From the NCBI GenBank assembly GCA_965205565.1, contig CBDBID010000041.1:8455-72454 (forward strand): DNA of 64,000 nucleotides, read 5' to 3'. Source of the stretch: Acidobacteriota bacterium. GTDB taxonomy: Bacteria; Acidobacteriota; UBA6911; RPQK01; CBDBID01. Shown piece by piece: positions 40,987-51,320 of the stretch (position 1 is its first letter; each line of letters opens with the position of its first letter). The translations under genes were made by a program, and so were the position numbers. The notes beneath the pieces were generated by a model. It was not told the DNA's origin. It was given only the letters and a program-made list of their open reading frames with translations, and did not search any database.

Positions 40987-42179
40987 TCAGAAGCACTTAG
41001 GGACAGGTGGCGAAGGCCTGTCCGTGACGGGCTCAAATTGAGTTCCGAGTGGGTTCTCGTAAACCTTCTGTTGACCGCTCTTCGTGTCCGTAACTGTCAT
41101 GTTGAATTCAACACTCGTGTCCGGAGTCGCAAACAAGAGTGAGCTGAAAGCGGGGTTTGAAGTAGAGCAGCCGTCCCCCAGAGTGTAAAGAAAATCGACG
41201 TTGATCTCGGCATCAGTAAAGACTGTAGAGCCATCATCGGAACTCCTGACTCGGGCCGGACGTGGTGAACCGCTGGGATCGTCCTGTACCATCAATGGAA
41301 CTTTGAAGCGGCGGTTGTGCAGACACGCCGTGGTCTCGTCGGGTCGGCAATCCGGATTGTCCGGCTGATCGGAAGTCGTGGCAAACTGGATCGCCCCCTT
41401 GTTGAAGACCTCAATGAAGAGGGTGTCAAAGCCGTCGGAACCCTGAAAATTAGGTGCGCGGGATCGTACGCATTCCCCAAAGCCCTGAAAAAGGTTCCTG
41501 GTCGGGAAACACCTCCGGCAGATTTTTGGCGTCGTGCCCCCCGTTCCAGTCAGTCGGTGAACTCTCGTTGAGCAGCTCGCCTGCTCCATCGTACAGCTTC
41601 TCGCAACGCATCGTTCCCTGGGGGAGCGTGCCACCTCTATTGCTGACGATGGCCCGTCCCGGGATCTGAGTCGGGGGGGGGGTGTATGTCACGAGTGCTT
41701 CGGCACAGTAACCAAGTGGCAGTGCCGCGTTCACCCCATAGGAGAACAGCTCGCTGATCGAATCTGTGAGCGAATCGTTGATGGTGTATTTGGTTGTGAT
41801 ACCGATCGAGTTTAAGCAGATATTGTCTGTAAACGCCAGCGAGGCCGCTCCTACAAACGGCTCGTTTGAGCTGGCGAGTGTGGACATCTCGATCGTCGTG
41901 GATCCCCAGGGAGCGACGGTTCCGGTCAAGGTATTTCCTAAATCGCCGTCAATGAGCACCGGCACATCAGGCAAGCTCGACACTTCTTGGTGAAGGAAGA
42001 GAAGGAAATCGCAGGGTTTCCCGGATGTATTCTACAAACCGACGATCGTGGTGATGTCGGCATCGCCCAGCTTTCCCGCAACCACTTGCTCGGCGGTGCC
42101 TACTCCCTGATGCGGGGAGAAGGCCGCAAGGAAGCTCATTGCCAAAAACGATCCGAGAAGCGACGGAATTGGACGCATG
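40987..42179 (-). CDS. Secreted hypothetical protein with a G10 tract in its coding sequence; apparent frameshifts and one in-frame stop
   Basis: Signal peptide MRPIPSLLGSFLAMSFLAAFS. The body is split over ORFs 41450-41983 and 40987-41634, which join at the gggggggggg run at 41671-41680. No family recognised. Confidence 0.5.
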
Positions 42180-42323
42180 TTTCCCCCCTTTTGAAGAATC
42201 TCTTCCGGAACAAAGGGACAAACCCACTGTGAGCATTTAAGGAGATCTGTCGAGGGTTGGTCAAGGGACCGGCGTGCACCCTTTCGGATCTTTCCGGACA
42301 GCCGGATTTTTCGCGACCCCTCC

Positions 42324-43236
42324 CTACTCGCTAGACCAACTCATCATCAGCCATTTAACCGGAGTCTCTCCAATCACCTGGTATCCGTGCTTGACGTGCC
42401 GGGGGGCGAAAACCAGCTCTCCCGGTCCCACCTCTCGTTCGATCTGCCCAGCACGAAGCGAACTCTTCCATCCAGAAGATAGAAGGCTTGTTCGGAGGTG
42501 GAGTGGGAGTGGGCAGAGGTGGCGGTGAGGTCGGGGTCTGCATCGTACTGTTGCAGGGAGATCCAGGCTAGCGAAGAATTGCCCTGGTGGGACAGGCTCG
42601 GGTAATCCTCAGAGGTGACGAAGGGAGAGGCGGAGATGCCCTGATGACCACCAGCGTCCTCGGCGCTCAATCTCGTCAATGGCTTCAATTCTTCAGAGAC
42701 GACCGTAGCGGCCAGCGATCGGCTCTCGGTCCGGTTGCCACTTCGCCATTCTATCAACAGGATTCTGAGGGGGGTCTCTCCCAGGACTTCATATCCATGC
42801 CGAATCCCGCTGGGAACGAAGACCAGGTCTCCCGGTCCCACCTCTCTCTTGGAGTCCCCCAGGGTGAATCTGCCCCCCCCGCAATGACGTAAAAGGCCTG
42901 CTCCCGGATGTCGGGGCAGGTCAGGGTATTGGTGCCCCCTCCAGGTTCGTGTTGCAGCAGAGCGACTCGAGCCAGTATGGAGTTGGCTTTGTGGCCGACA
43001 GACGGGAGGTCGACAGACCACATGAAGGCTGTGGCGCTGGCACCCCGATGGGCGAATCCGTTATCCGGAAAGACTTCTTTTCCGAGTGGAGCCAAGGTCC
43101 TCGACTGGGACATGATCAGATCGCCGGTTCTGGACGGGGCGGCATCCTGGACGGCGAGTGGGTTCGGCTGCCAGCACAAAAACAGCAGCAGCGGCGAAGC
43201 AAGAGCGGGGAGACGGTTGCTGCGGGAACTGCTCAT
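42324..43236 (-). CDS. Secreted bicupin protein with two tandem cupin domains; apparent frameshifts at a C8 tract and a G6 tract
   Basis: Signal peptide MSSSRSNRLPALASPLLLFLCW. Domain 1 motif 2 is GDLVFVPSGIRHGYEVLGETP. Domain 2 motif 1 is HSHSTSEQAFYLLDG and motif 2 is GELVFAPRHVKHGYQVIGETP. The frame is continuous from domain 1 into domain 2. The C8 run is at 42883-42890. Confidence 0.7.
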
Positions 43237-43646
43237 CGTCGAACTCTTAACCTGAAACCGGCCACGCCGTCAGGCCGGATAGGGTAGGTTCCCCGTCCGC
43301 GACCCTGCGACCGCGAACCGTGTGACGAAGGACTCCATTGTTTTACAACATTTCCACAATAAAATCGCCCGAATGATCGGTGCCCAGGACGGTCAGCTGG
43401 CCGGGTTTCTTACGTGACTTTTTTAAAGCGTCGACAGCAAAGGACTTGAAGCCTTGGTCAGGGTGAGACTGGGTTGAGTTCGGGCCATGCCGCGCGGCAT
43501 GGCCCAGGCGCTGGAAGGCGCGCGAAAGTTCGGGGGCAGATTTGAAGTGGGGTTTGATGGCCCTGGCCGGTTGGCAACGCCCTGCCGGAGTGAGTATAAT
43601 GCCTGTTCTTGGAAGCACTTCAATTCGAATCGACGGGGAGAATTCG

Positions 43647-43847
43647 ATGACCGGACTTCTTGCCTATATGGACCCGGGGACGGGGAATCTGTTCCTGCAA
43701 GTCCTGCTGGGTGGCATAGCAGGCTTGCTGGTGTTTGTGAAGCTGTTTTGGCATCGATTCTTGTCTTTCTTCGGGATGCGCAGAGAGACCCCCACGACGA
43801 CAAGCCAACCGCTGGTCGAGACCGACAGGCCCGACCAGCAGACGTGA
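43647..43847 (+). CDS. Small (~66 aa) single-TM membrane protein, the first gene of a three-gene operon
   Basis: GGGGAG RBS, then MTGLLAYMDPGTGNLFLQVLLGGIAGLLVFVKLFWHRF. It ends 11 nt before the next gene. Confidence 0.5.
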   Translation: MTGLLAYMDPGTGNLFLQVLLGGIAGLLVFVKLFWHRFLSFFGMRRETPTTTSQPLVETDRPDQQT

Positions 43848-43857
43848 ACAGGTTCCG

Positions 43858-45294
43858 GTGCACCGGAACCCGCTTCTTGCCAAAACGGTTATGACCGAGC
43901 TGCGCTGCGAACCGGGCTCATTCCGTGACCGCCACGGGCGCGTCTTCTACCGCGACGGAGAGGTCTTCCGCGCGTTGAGCCAGAAATCGCTGGCCGATTT
44001 CAAACATCTAGCCGCCACCCGTTTTTACCAAGATCTTGTGCGCGAGGGCGCGCTGATTGCCAGTGAGCTGGTTAAGGATCTCCATCCCTCGGAACTCAAT
44101 GGAGACTGGGCCGGAGTCTTGAGGCATGAGCGGATTCCGGTTGTTTCATACCCCTACGAGTGGTCGTTCAGCATGCTCCAGGACGCCGCACTGCTCCAGC
44201 TGCGGCTGGCGAGGGCCGCCCTGGCGGAAGAGATGATTCCAAAGGACGCCACTTCCTACAATATCCAGTGGGTCGGCAAGCGCCCCGTTTTCATCGACAC
44301 TGCCTCTCTGGAGCGACTTCAGCCGGGGTGTCCCTGGGCGGGGTATCGGCAGTTCTGCCAGCTTTTCCTTTACCCGCTCTTGCTGCAGGCCTACAAGAAT
44401 GTCCACTTTCAGCCTTGGTTGCGAGGCAATATTGAAGGCATTGAGGCCTCTCAATTGGGCGCCTTGATGTCTGCCCGCGACCTTTTGCGACGTGGAGTTT
44501 TCACCCATGTCTACCTACAGAGCAAACTGCAGAAGCGCTATGCCGACAACAACGACGACGTGCGCGGCCAGATCAAACAGGCGGGCTTTAACAAAGAACT
44601 GATTCTGGCCAATCTAGCCGGACTGACACGGCTGGTCGAAAGGCTGTCCTGGTCCGAGACCGGCTCGACCTGGTCCGGCTACGCCGAAACCCATTCGTAT
44701 TCCGAGCGCGATCACCAGGCCAAGGTGAGGTTCGTGCGTAAAACGCTGGGCCGCCGCCCGCGCCGACTCGTGTGGGATCTGGGCTGTAACATTGGTGTGT
44801 TTTCCAGGATCGCCTCCGAGTCGGCACAACACGTGCTGGCTCTGGACGCCGACCACCTGACGGTCGACCGGCTCTATACCCGCCTGAGGGGCTCGGGACC
44901 GAAAAACATCCTCCCTCTGGTCGCCAACCTGGCCGATCCGGCGCCCAACCTGGGCTGGAGAGGTCAGGAACGGCAGACCCTCTTGGACCGGGGCAGGCCG
45001 GACTTTCTTCTGGTTTTGGCGCTGATTCATCACCTGGTGATCGGTGCTAATATTCCGGTCCGGGAGCTGGTGGAATGGTTGGCCAGCCTGGGGGCTGAAT
45101 TGGTGATCGAGTTTGTCTCCAAGCAAGACCCGATGGTCGAGAGGCTACTCAGCAACAAGGACGACCAGTACGACGACTACGACCAAAGCTATCTTGAAGG
45201 CTGTCTGAGCCAACACTTCGAAATAGTGGCTCGCCAGAACCTCCTTTCCGAGACCCGCACACTCTATCACCTCCAACCCTGGTCGAGAGGCTAG
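43858..45294 (+). CDS. Two-domain protein: an N-terminal domain of unknown function plus a C-terminal class I SAM-dependent methyltransferase
   Basis: Motif I-like VWDLGCNIGVFSRIA, and LVLALIHHL after it. The N-terminal ~270 aa were not recognised. Confidence 0.65.
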   Translation: MHRNPLLAKTVMTELRCEPGSFRDRHGRVFYRDGEVFRALSQKSLADFKHLAATRFYQDLVREGALIASELVKDLHPSELNGDWAGVLRHERIPVVSYPYEWSFSMLQDAALLQLRLARAALAEEMIPKDATSYNIQWVGKRPVFIDTASLERLQPGCPWAGYRQFCQLFLYPLLLQAYKNVHFQPWLRGNIEGIEASQLGALMSARDLLRRGVFTHVYLQSKLQKRYADNNDDVRGQIKQAGFNKELILANLAGLTRLVERLSWSETGSTWSGYAETHSYSERDHQAKVRFVRKTLGRRPRRLVWDLGCNIGVFSRIASESAQHVLALDADHLTVDRLYTRLRGSGPKNILPLVANLADPAPNLGWRGQERQTLLDRGRPDFLLVLALIHHLVIGANIPVRELVEWLASLGAELVIEFVSKQDPMVERLLSNKDDQYDDYDQSYLEGCLSQHFEIVARQNLLSETRTLYHLQPWSRG

Positions 45295-45298
45295 CCCC

Positions 45299-47867
45299 AT
45301 GGTGGTTGCGGGGCAGGTTGACTCTGGAGGTGGGAACAGCGGGCTAAGGCGGCAGACCTGCCACCTTCTGGTACTTTTCGGCTTTGCGATTGCTCAGCCC
45401 ATTTACGACCTGCTGGGGCGCTATCCAGAGTTTCTCTCCGCTCACGGCTGCGGAATCGGAGATCTGCTTCTGCTCGTTCTGTGTCTGAGCTTGCTGTTTC
45501 CCGTTCTGCTGGGTGTCGGGCTCGGGGCCTTGGGCCGATGGTCTCATCGTTTCCTGAGCATTTCCTACCAGGTCTTACTGGCTATGCTGGTGGGGGCCTT
45601 TGCACTTCAGTTTCATCGCCTGGTAAGCGCTGTCCCCGGTGTCTTATGGGTGTTTGTGGCGGGACTGGTCGCCTGCGTGGCAAGCCTTGTTTACCAGCGT
45701 CTGCCAACTCTACGGCTAGTCCTGGATTGGTTGCTGATCACGGTGCCGCTTTTCCCTTTGCTTTTTCTGTTGCGTCTCCCCATAGCCCAGTTGGTCCAAG
45801 CCGATGTGCCGGAGCAACAATGGGATGTCCCCGCGACGGCTCCCATTGTGATGGTCGTTTTCGACGAGTTTCCGCTGATTTCACTGCTAAATGAGAAGTG
45901 GGAGATCGACGCGGAGCGGTTCCCTCACTTTGGCCGTTTAGCCGCGGAGTCCTACTGGTTCACCCAGGCGACCACAGTCAGCGACTGGACCCCAATTTCG
46001 ATCCCGTCCCTGCTCAGCGGCCGATTGCCGACTCCGGGGCGCCAGGCTCTGCCCACGCTAGGCGGCCACCCCCAAAACTTGTTCACTCTCCTGGCTGGGT
46101 CTTACCAGCTGAGAGTCTTTGAGAACATCACGCAGCTGGCTCCCCTCGAGGGCCGAACGGAACGGGAGCCTCTCCGAGGGGCTCTTTTCAGCGACATCGC
46201 CTACCTCTACGCTCACCTGTTGCTGCCGCCTGAACTGTCAGCCCATCTTCCTCCAGTGACCGAGTCATGGAGGCGGTTTGGACGATTGGCATCCGGGCCG
46301 CTCCCATCCGATGCGGTGCCACAGGACTGGACTGCGCCCCCTGGCGACTGGTCGGAGCGGGCCGTTAAGTTTCGCGATTTTGTAGCCACCATCGGGTGGC
46401 GGGCTGAGCCTACGTTCTACTTCCTTCACTCCATGCTGCCGCACGCCACCTGGCGATATCTGCCTGACGGACGGATCTACACCCTCTATGAACCTTTGGG
46501 CGTTCGAGGAGTCTTGCGTCCCAATGGAGGCAAGGGGATCAGCCTGTGGCTTGATGACTGGCTGGCGGTACAGGCCTACCAGAGGCATCTTCTCCAGGTG
46601 GGATTTGTAGACACCCTGCTGGGGGAACTCCTGGCCCACCTGGAGGAAAAGGGCATCTACGATGAGATCCTGCTGGTTGTCGCGGCCGACCACGGAAGCA
46701 GCTTTGTGCCTACTACCTCGCGACGCAAGGTGACCGAGGCGAACCACCCCGACATTATGTTGGTTCCCCTTTTCGTCAAAGCCCCGGGCCAGAGCTGCGG
46801 GGTGCGTGTCGAGGAAAACGTGGAGACCGTCGACCTCTTACCCACTCTCCTCGGCCTTCTCGATATTCCACAGCCTTGGCCTATGGACGGTCGCAACGTC
46901 CTGGGAGACTCTGCAGAGCGTCCACTCAAGACGATTTTTCCAGGAAAGGGTGCAAAGCTGACCTTCTCTTCTCCCCTGAGTAGCGCTGCCGCCCTCTTGC
47001 GACGAAAAGTGGACTGGTTTGGCACGGGCTCCTTCGAGTCGGCGTTTCGCATCGGACCCTGGCCGGAGCTGTTGGGGAGGAAGGTGGCACAGCTAAGAAG
47101 GCGGGACACAACTGGGCCCCGCATCTCATTCGAAGGACGCGAGCTGTTGCTGGATGCAAACCCGGAATCTGGGTTCTTGCTGACCCACATCTTCGGCCAC
47201 ATCGAGTGGGAGGACCCCCCTTCCGTTCCCGTCCCGCTAGCCGTTGCGGTCAACGGAGTGATCCGAGCGCTGACCCAGACCTCGCCTCAACTGGATGCCA
47301 ATGCGACCTTCTCGGCGGTGATGCCCTGGTGGGTCTTGGAACGGGGTCGCAATCAAGTCGAGACCTTCCTGATAGACCGAGTGGGAGGAGAATTCTGGCT
47401 CTCCCGTTCTGCAGCATCGTTTGAGGAATATCGGTTGGACTGCAGCGCTCCCCGAAATTGCCGAATTCTGGTTGACGGTCAAGACTCCCTGGAGATTACT
47501 CCCGACCATCTCATTGGATGGGTGGTGGGTGGTGGGTGGTCAAGGGGAAGGTAGGGACCACTACTGGGTTGGGGGATGGGCAGCCGACCAGGAGAACCGA
47601 AAACTGGCCAAAGTCGTCATCGTCTTCCGAGACGATCAGCTGGTGGCCCGGGTCCGGACCCGCTTCGAGCGCTCCCACGCGGCGCAAAGGCTGGATGCTC
47701 CTCACCTGCGGCGTTCAGGCTTCCGCCTCGAGGTGGTATTGCCGTCTGGACGGGATCCGGCCCTATCACGGATTCGGGTCTTTGCCATTTCGGAAGATAG
47801 GAAGGCCAGCGAGCTGCACTACCCCCGGGATCCAGCAAAGTGGCCGTTCCAGCCCAACCAACCCTGA
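45299..47867 (+). CDS. Membrane-anchored sulfatase-fold (alkaline phosphatase superfamily) transferase, LtaS/EptA/OpgB-like; one apparent frameshift near 47520
   Basis: About 5 N-terminal TM helices. The catalytic-domain blocks are IVMVVFDEFP and LLVVAADHGSSF. ORFs 45299-47554 and 47421-47867 are continuous apart from the shift. Confidence 0.75.
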
Positions 47868-48054
47868 AAGGGAGGAAACGCACTGCCTGATCGGTATCCT
47901 CGGTCTTCTGGCTCGCTTGTTTGAGGCTCATTCGGAACGGGCTCAACAGATCTCTCAATGGTTGAAGAGCCGGTCTTTTTTGAAGATCAAGGGAAAGGGG
48001 CGATCGCTGTGGAGCAGGTCCGGATCGAAAAGAGTCGGGGGAGAGGATCCGGAG

Positions 48055-48663
48055 TCAGGCCGAGAGGGCGCGTTGGACCAAACCCTGTAGGGATAGCGGT
48101 AAACTTCCTACCAGCTCTTGAGCCGTCCTTCGACCGTCCGAGGACATCTTCCGCCAGGTTTTTTGAAGGATCTCCACCAGCTTGGATTCGTCGTGTTTGG
48201 AGGAGAAGTCGGCCAGTTCATTCTCCAGAAAGACCAGACAGATGGCGTCTTCGAAGAGCTGCACTTCGGGATCCAGCTTCATTCGGATTTTCCTCAGCAG
48301 TTGCCCCACGCGCTCGACGCTAGCCGGAGGGTAGCCGGCCTCGGCTAGAATCCGAGCCGCCTCCTGGCTGTGAAATTGGGCGAGCGTCTTGCGCCAGCGT
48401 TTGTAGCCGGCTCGGTCGGCCGGATAGCGGCTTCTGGGGATAGCCCAGCGGCGGATGTGCTGGCAGTGAGCCGCCAGCAGCAGTTCGTCGGAGGGTTCCT
48501 CTGCCAGGCGGCCGACCCAGTGGGTCAATCGCCGGTGGTAGTGCAGCGAGAAAGGGACGAGACGACCGTTCAAAATAACCGTTCTGGGGTCTTCTCGATG
48601 GACCTCCTCAAACTGGGCCAGCACCGCTTGGTACCGCGGATCGCGGGGAGGCATAACCGGCAC
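48055..48663 (-). CDS. Hypothetical cytoplasmic protein (possibly DUF4202-like)
   Basis: 202-aa ORF with good coding character. The family call comes from weak recollection only. Confidence 0.45.
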   Translation of the reverse strand: MPVMPPRDPRYQAVLAQFEEVHREDPRTVILNGRLVPFSLHYHRRLTHWVGRLAEEPSDELLLAAHCQHIRRWAIPRSRYPADRAGYKRWRKTLAQFHSQEAARILAEAGYPPASVERVGQLLRKIRMKLDPEVQLFEDAICLVFLENELADFSSKHDESKLVEILQKTWRKMSSDGRRTAQELVGSLPLSLQGLVQRALSA

Positions 48664-48779
48664 ACTATATCAGAAGGGGATGAGGTTGGGAGTTGGGTGG
48701 TCTGGAGGTCTCCTGAGTTCCCCTAGGGACCTGGGGGCAGTTGACAAGCTCTGTGACAGTGTGTTAAAACACTACTTCG

Positions 48780-49112
48780 ATGGAACGGGAATTGGAAGAC
48801 AATCGGGCCCTGTGGTCCCTGTTCGAGGCGGTCAGCCGGTTGGACAATCGAGACGAGTCGGCCCGTTTTTTGCGCGATCTGTGCACTTTGAGGGAACTGG
48901 AAGCCATGGCAGAACGCTGGCAAGTGGCCCAGAACCTGGCCCTTCGTTTGCCCTATCGTCGCATCCACGAACTGACCGGCGCCAGCACCACCACCGTCAC
49001 CCGTGTGGCTCACTGGCTGCGCCACGGAGAGGGCGGATACCGTCTGCTTCTGCAGCGGATGAAGGAGCGCATGTTGAAACCGGGGAAGAAACCTGGGAAA
49101 GAGAAATCATGA
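48780..49112 (+). CDS. TrpR-like YerC/YecD-family DNA-binding protein
   Basis: LCTLRELEAMAERWQVAQNLALRLPYRRIHELTGASTTTVTRVAHWLRHGEGGYRLL. Its TGA overlaps the hisG ATG (ATGA). Confidence 0.8.
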   Translation: MERELEDNRALWSLFEAVSRLDNRDESARFLRDLCTLRELEAMAERWQVAQNLALRLPYRRIHELTGASTTTVTRVAHWLRHGEGGYRLLLQRMKERMLKPGKKPGKEKS

Positions 49113-49984
49113 AACTCGACGGCGACAATTTGAGAATTGCCATCCAGCATCAGGGGCGCTTGGCGGAGCCTTCGCGGCGGATTTTGCAGTCTGTCGGACT
49201 GGACTTCGACTACTATGAGGGAAGGCTCTTCTCCCAGTGCCAGAATCTCCCAGTGGACATTCTCTTTCTTCGCGACGACGACATCCCCGAATACGTCCAG
49301 GACGGGGTGACCGACCTGGGCATCGTGGGTCTCAACATCGTCTGTGAAAAGGAAGCCCAGGTCAGCCAGCTCGACTTCCTGGGTTTCGGCTCCTGCACCC
49401 TCTCCATCGCGGTGCCCCGGAAGGCAGATCTGCGAAGCCTGCAGGATCTGGATGGCCGTCGCATCGCCACTTCCTATCCACACATCTTGGAACGGTTCTT
49501 GGAGGAAAAAGGAATCCGGTGCCGGATCATCGAAATCAGTGGCTCGGTCGAGATTGCCCCCAGCTTGGACGTAGCGGACGCCGTCTGCGATCTGGTTTCC
49601 ACGGGCAGCACCCTACGCATCAACGATCTGGAGCCGATCGAGGCCGTGCTCAGGTCGGAAGCCGTCCTGGTCGCCAATTCCGGCTCTTTGCAGGACCCCA
49701 GACGGCGGGGTTTGATCGATCGGTTGCGAGTGCGGTTGCAGGCCAACTTGCGGGCTCGCAGTACCAAGTACGTGATGATGAATGCTCCAGAAACGGCCCT
49801 GGAGCGAATTAGGGAGATCCTGCCGGGGTTGAAGAGCCCCACCGTCGTCCCTCTGGCGGAGAAGGGCATGATTGCCGTGCACTCGGCCGTACCCGAGGAG
49901 TTCTTCTGGGATGTGATTGAGAAGCTCAAAAAGGGTGGAGCTTCGGACATCCTGGTGGTACCCGTCGAGAAAATGCTGGTGTGA
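49109..49984 (+). CDS. hisG: ATP phosphoribosyltransferase, long form
   Basis: MKLDGDNLRIAIQHQGRL...DLVSTGSTLRIN plus the C-terminal regulatory domain. Confidence 0.92.
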   Translation: MKLDGDNLRIAIQHQGRLAEPSRRILQSVGLDFDYYEGRLFSQCQNLPVDILFLRDDDIPEYVQDGVTDLGIVGLNIVCEKEAQVSQLDFLGFGSCTLSIAVPRKADLRSLQDLDGRRIATSYPHILERFLEEKGIRCRIIEISGSVEIAPSLDVADAVCDLVSTGSTLRINDLEPIEAVLRSEAVLVANSGSLQDPRRRGLIDRLRVRLQANLRARSTKYVMMNAPETALERIREILPGLKSPTVVPLAEKGMIAVHSAVPEEFFWDVIEKLKKGGASDILVVPVEKMLV

Positions 49985-51294
49985 TGAAACTCTACCGGTT
50001 CGGCCGGCTGACGGATTCCGATCTCGATCGGCTGTGCCACCGCAATCCGGTGGCCGATCCCGCCTTGATGCGGGTCGGTCGCGAGATCTTCGAAGCGGTG
50101 CGCGAGCGGGGAGACGGAGCTCTGCGCGAATACACGCGGCGGTTCGACAGGGTCGAGATCGCGCAGTTTCCGGTATCCGAATCCGAATTTGCGTCCGCCC
50201 AGCGCCAGGTGCCACCCAGGACGAGGAGAGCTTTACGCGCGGCCGCCCGCAACATTGAGGTTTTTCATGCCTCCCAGCAGCTGCGCGAGGAACCGGTGGA
50301 GGTGCAACCGGGCGTACGTTGCTGGCGCGCCAGCCGTCCCATCGATACGGTAGGGCTCTACGTCCCGGGAGGGACGGCGGTCCTGCCCTCGACGGTGTTG
50401 ATGCTGGGGATTCCCGCCCAGGTGGCCGGTTGTTCACAGGTGGTGCTTTGTGTGCCACCCAGGCCGGATGGCACGGTCACTCCAGAGGTGTTGGTGGCCG
50501 CCCGCATCGCGGGTATTCGGGAAGTCTTCCGGGTGGGAGGCGCCCAGGCCATCGCCGCTCTGTGCCTGGGCACACAGACGGTGCCTCGAGTGGACAAGAT
50601 CCTGGGGCCGGGAAGCCGGATCGTTCAGACGGCCAAGTTGCTGGCCACGTTAGAGGGTACGGCCATTGATCTGGTGGCCGGACCCAGCGAAGTTCTGGTG
50701 ATTGCCGATGAGTTCGCAGGGGCCGACCTGGTGGCCGCCGACCTGCTTTCTCAGGCCGAGCACGATACCGACAGCCGAGTGGTTCTAGTCTCCACCTCGG
50801 GGGTCTTGATCCAGGAAACGCACCGACAGCTGACGAGCCAGCTGCAGGACTTGCCCCGTCGGGCTGTGGCAGTGGAAGCCTTGAGACAGAGCTTCAGCCT
50901 GCAGGTCGGCACTCTCAGCCAGGGCTTCGCCTTCAGCAATCGGTTCGGACCCGAACATCTGATCCTGCACCTGAAGGAACCGCTTTCTTGGGTAGACGAG
51001 ATCCAGAGCGCCGGCTCAGTGTTTCTCGGTGCTTGGTCTCCTGAGGTAGCCGGCGACTACGCCTCGGGAACCAACCACACCCTCCCCACCTCGGGACGGG
51101 CTCGGATGGAATCGGGAGTCTCGCTGGATAGCTTTGTGAAGAAAATCAGCTTTCAGACCCTAACCCGCGAGGGACTGGGGCGTCTGGCGCCGACTCTGGA
51201 GGTGCTGGCTCGGGTGGAGGGCCTGGAGGCTCATCGACGTGCCGTCCGTTGCCGTCTGGAGGAAACCTCCGAGGAGCCTCCCACGGTCGGTTAG
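49981..51294 (+). CDS. hisD: Histidinol dehydrogenase
   Basis: 437-aa ORF. Its position between hisG and hisC fits, and it has HisD-like blocks. Confidence 0.93.
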   Translation: MMKLYRFGRLTDSDLDRLCHRNPVADPALMRVGREIFEAVRERGDGALREYTRRFDRVEIAQFPVSESEFASAQRQVPPRTRRALRAAARNIEVFHASQQLREEPVEVQPGVRCWRASRPIDTVGLYVPGGTAVLPSTVLMLGIPAQVAGCSQVVLCVPPRPDGTVTPEVLVAARIAGIREVFRVGGAQAIAALCLGTQTVPRVDKILGPGSRIVQTAKLLATLEGTAIDLVAGPSEVLVIADEFAGADLVAADLLSQAEHDTDSRVVLVSTSGVLIQETHRQLTSQLQDLPRRAVAVEALRQSFSLQVGTLSQGFAFSNRFGPEHLILHLKEPLSWVDEIQSAGSVFLGAWSPEVAGDYASGTNHTLPTSGRARMESGVSLDSFVKKISFQTLTREGLGRLAPTLEVLARVEGLEAHRRAVRCRLEETSEEPPTVG

Positions 51295-51320
51295 GACCAT
51301 TCGGCCGGGCTGCCTCACGG

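Noticed and set aside
43343-43618. 91-aa minus-strand ORF upstream of the three-gene envelope operon
   Set aside because: It overlaps an equally long plus-strand ORF, has no RBS and no recognisable domain. It is probably an intergenic or promoter region.
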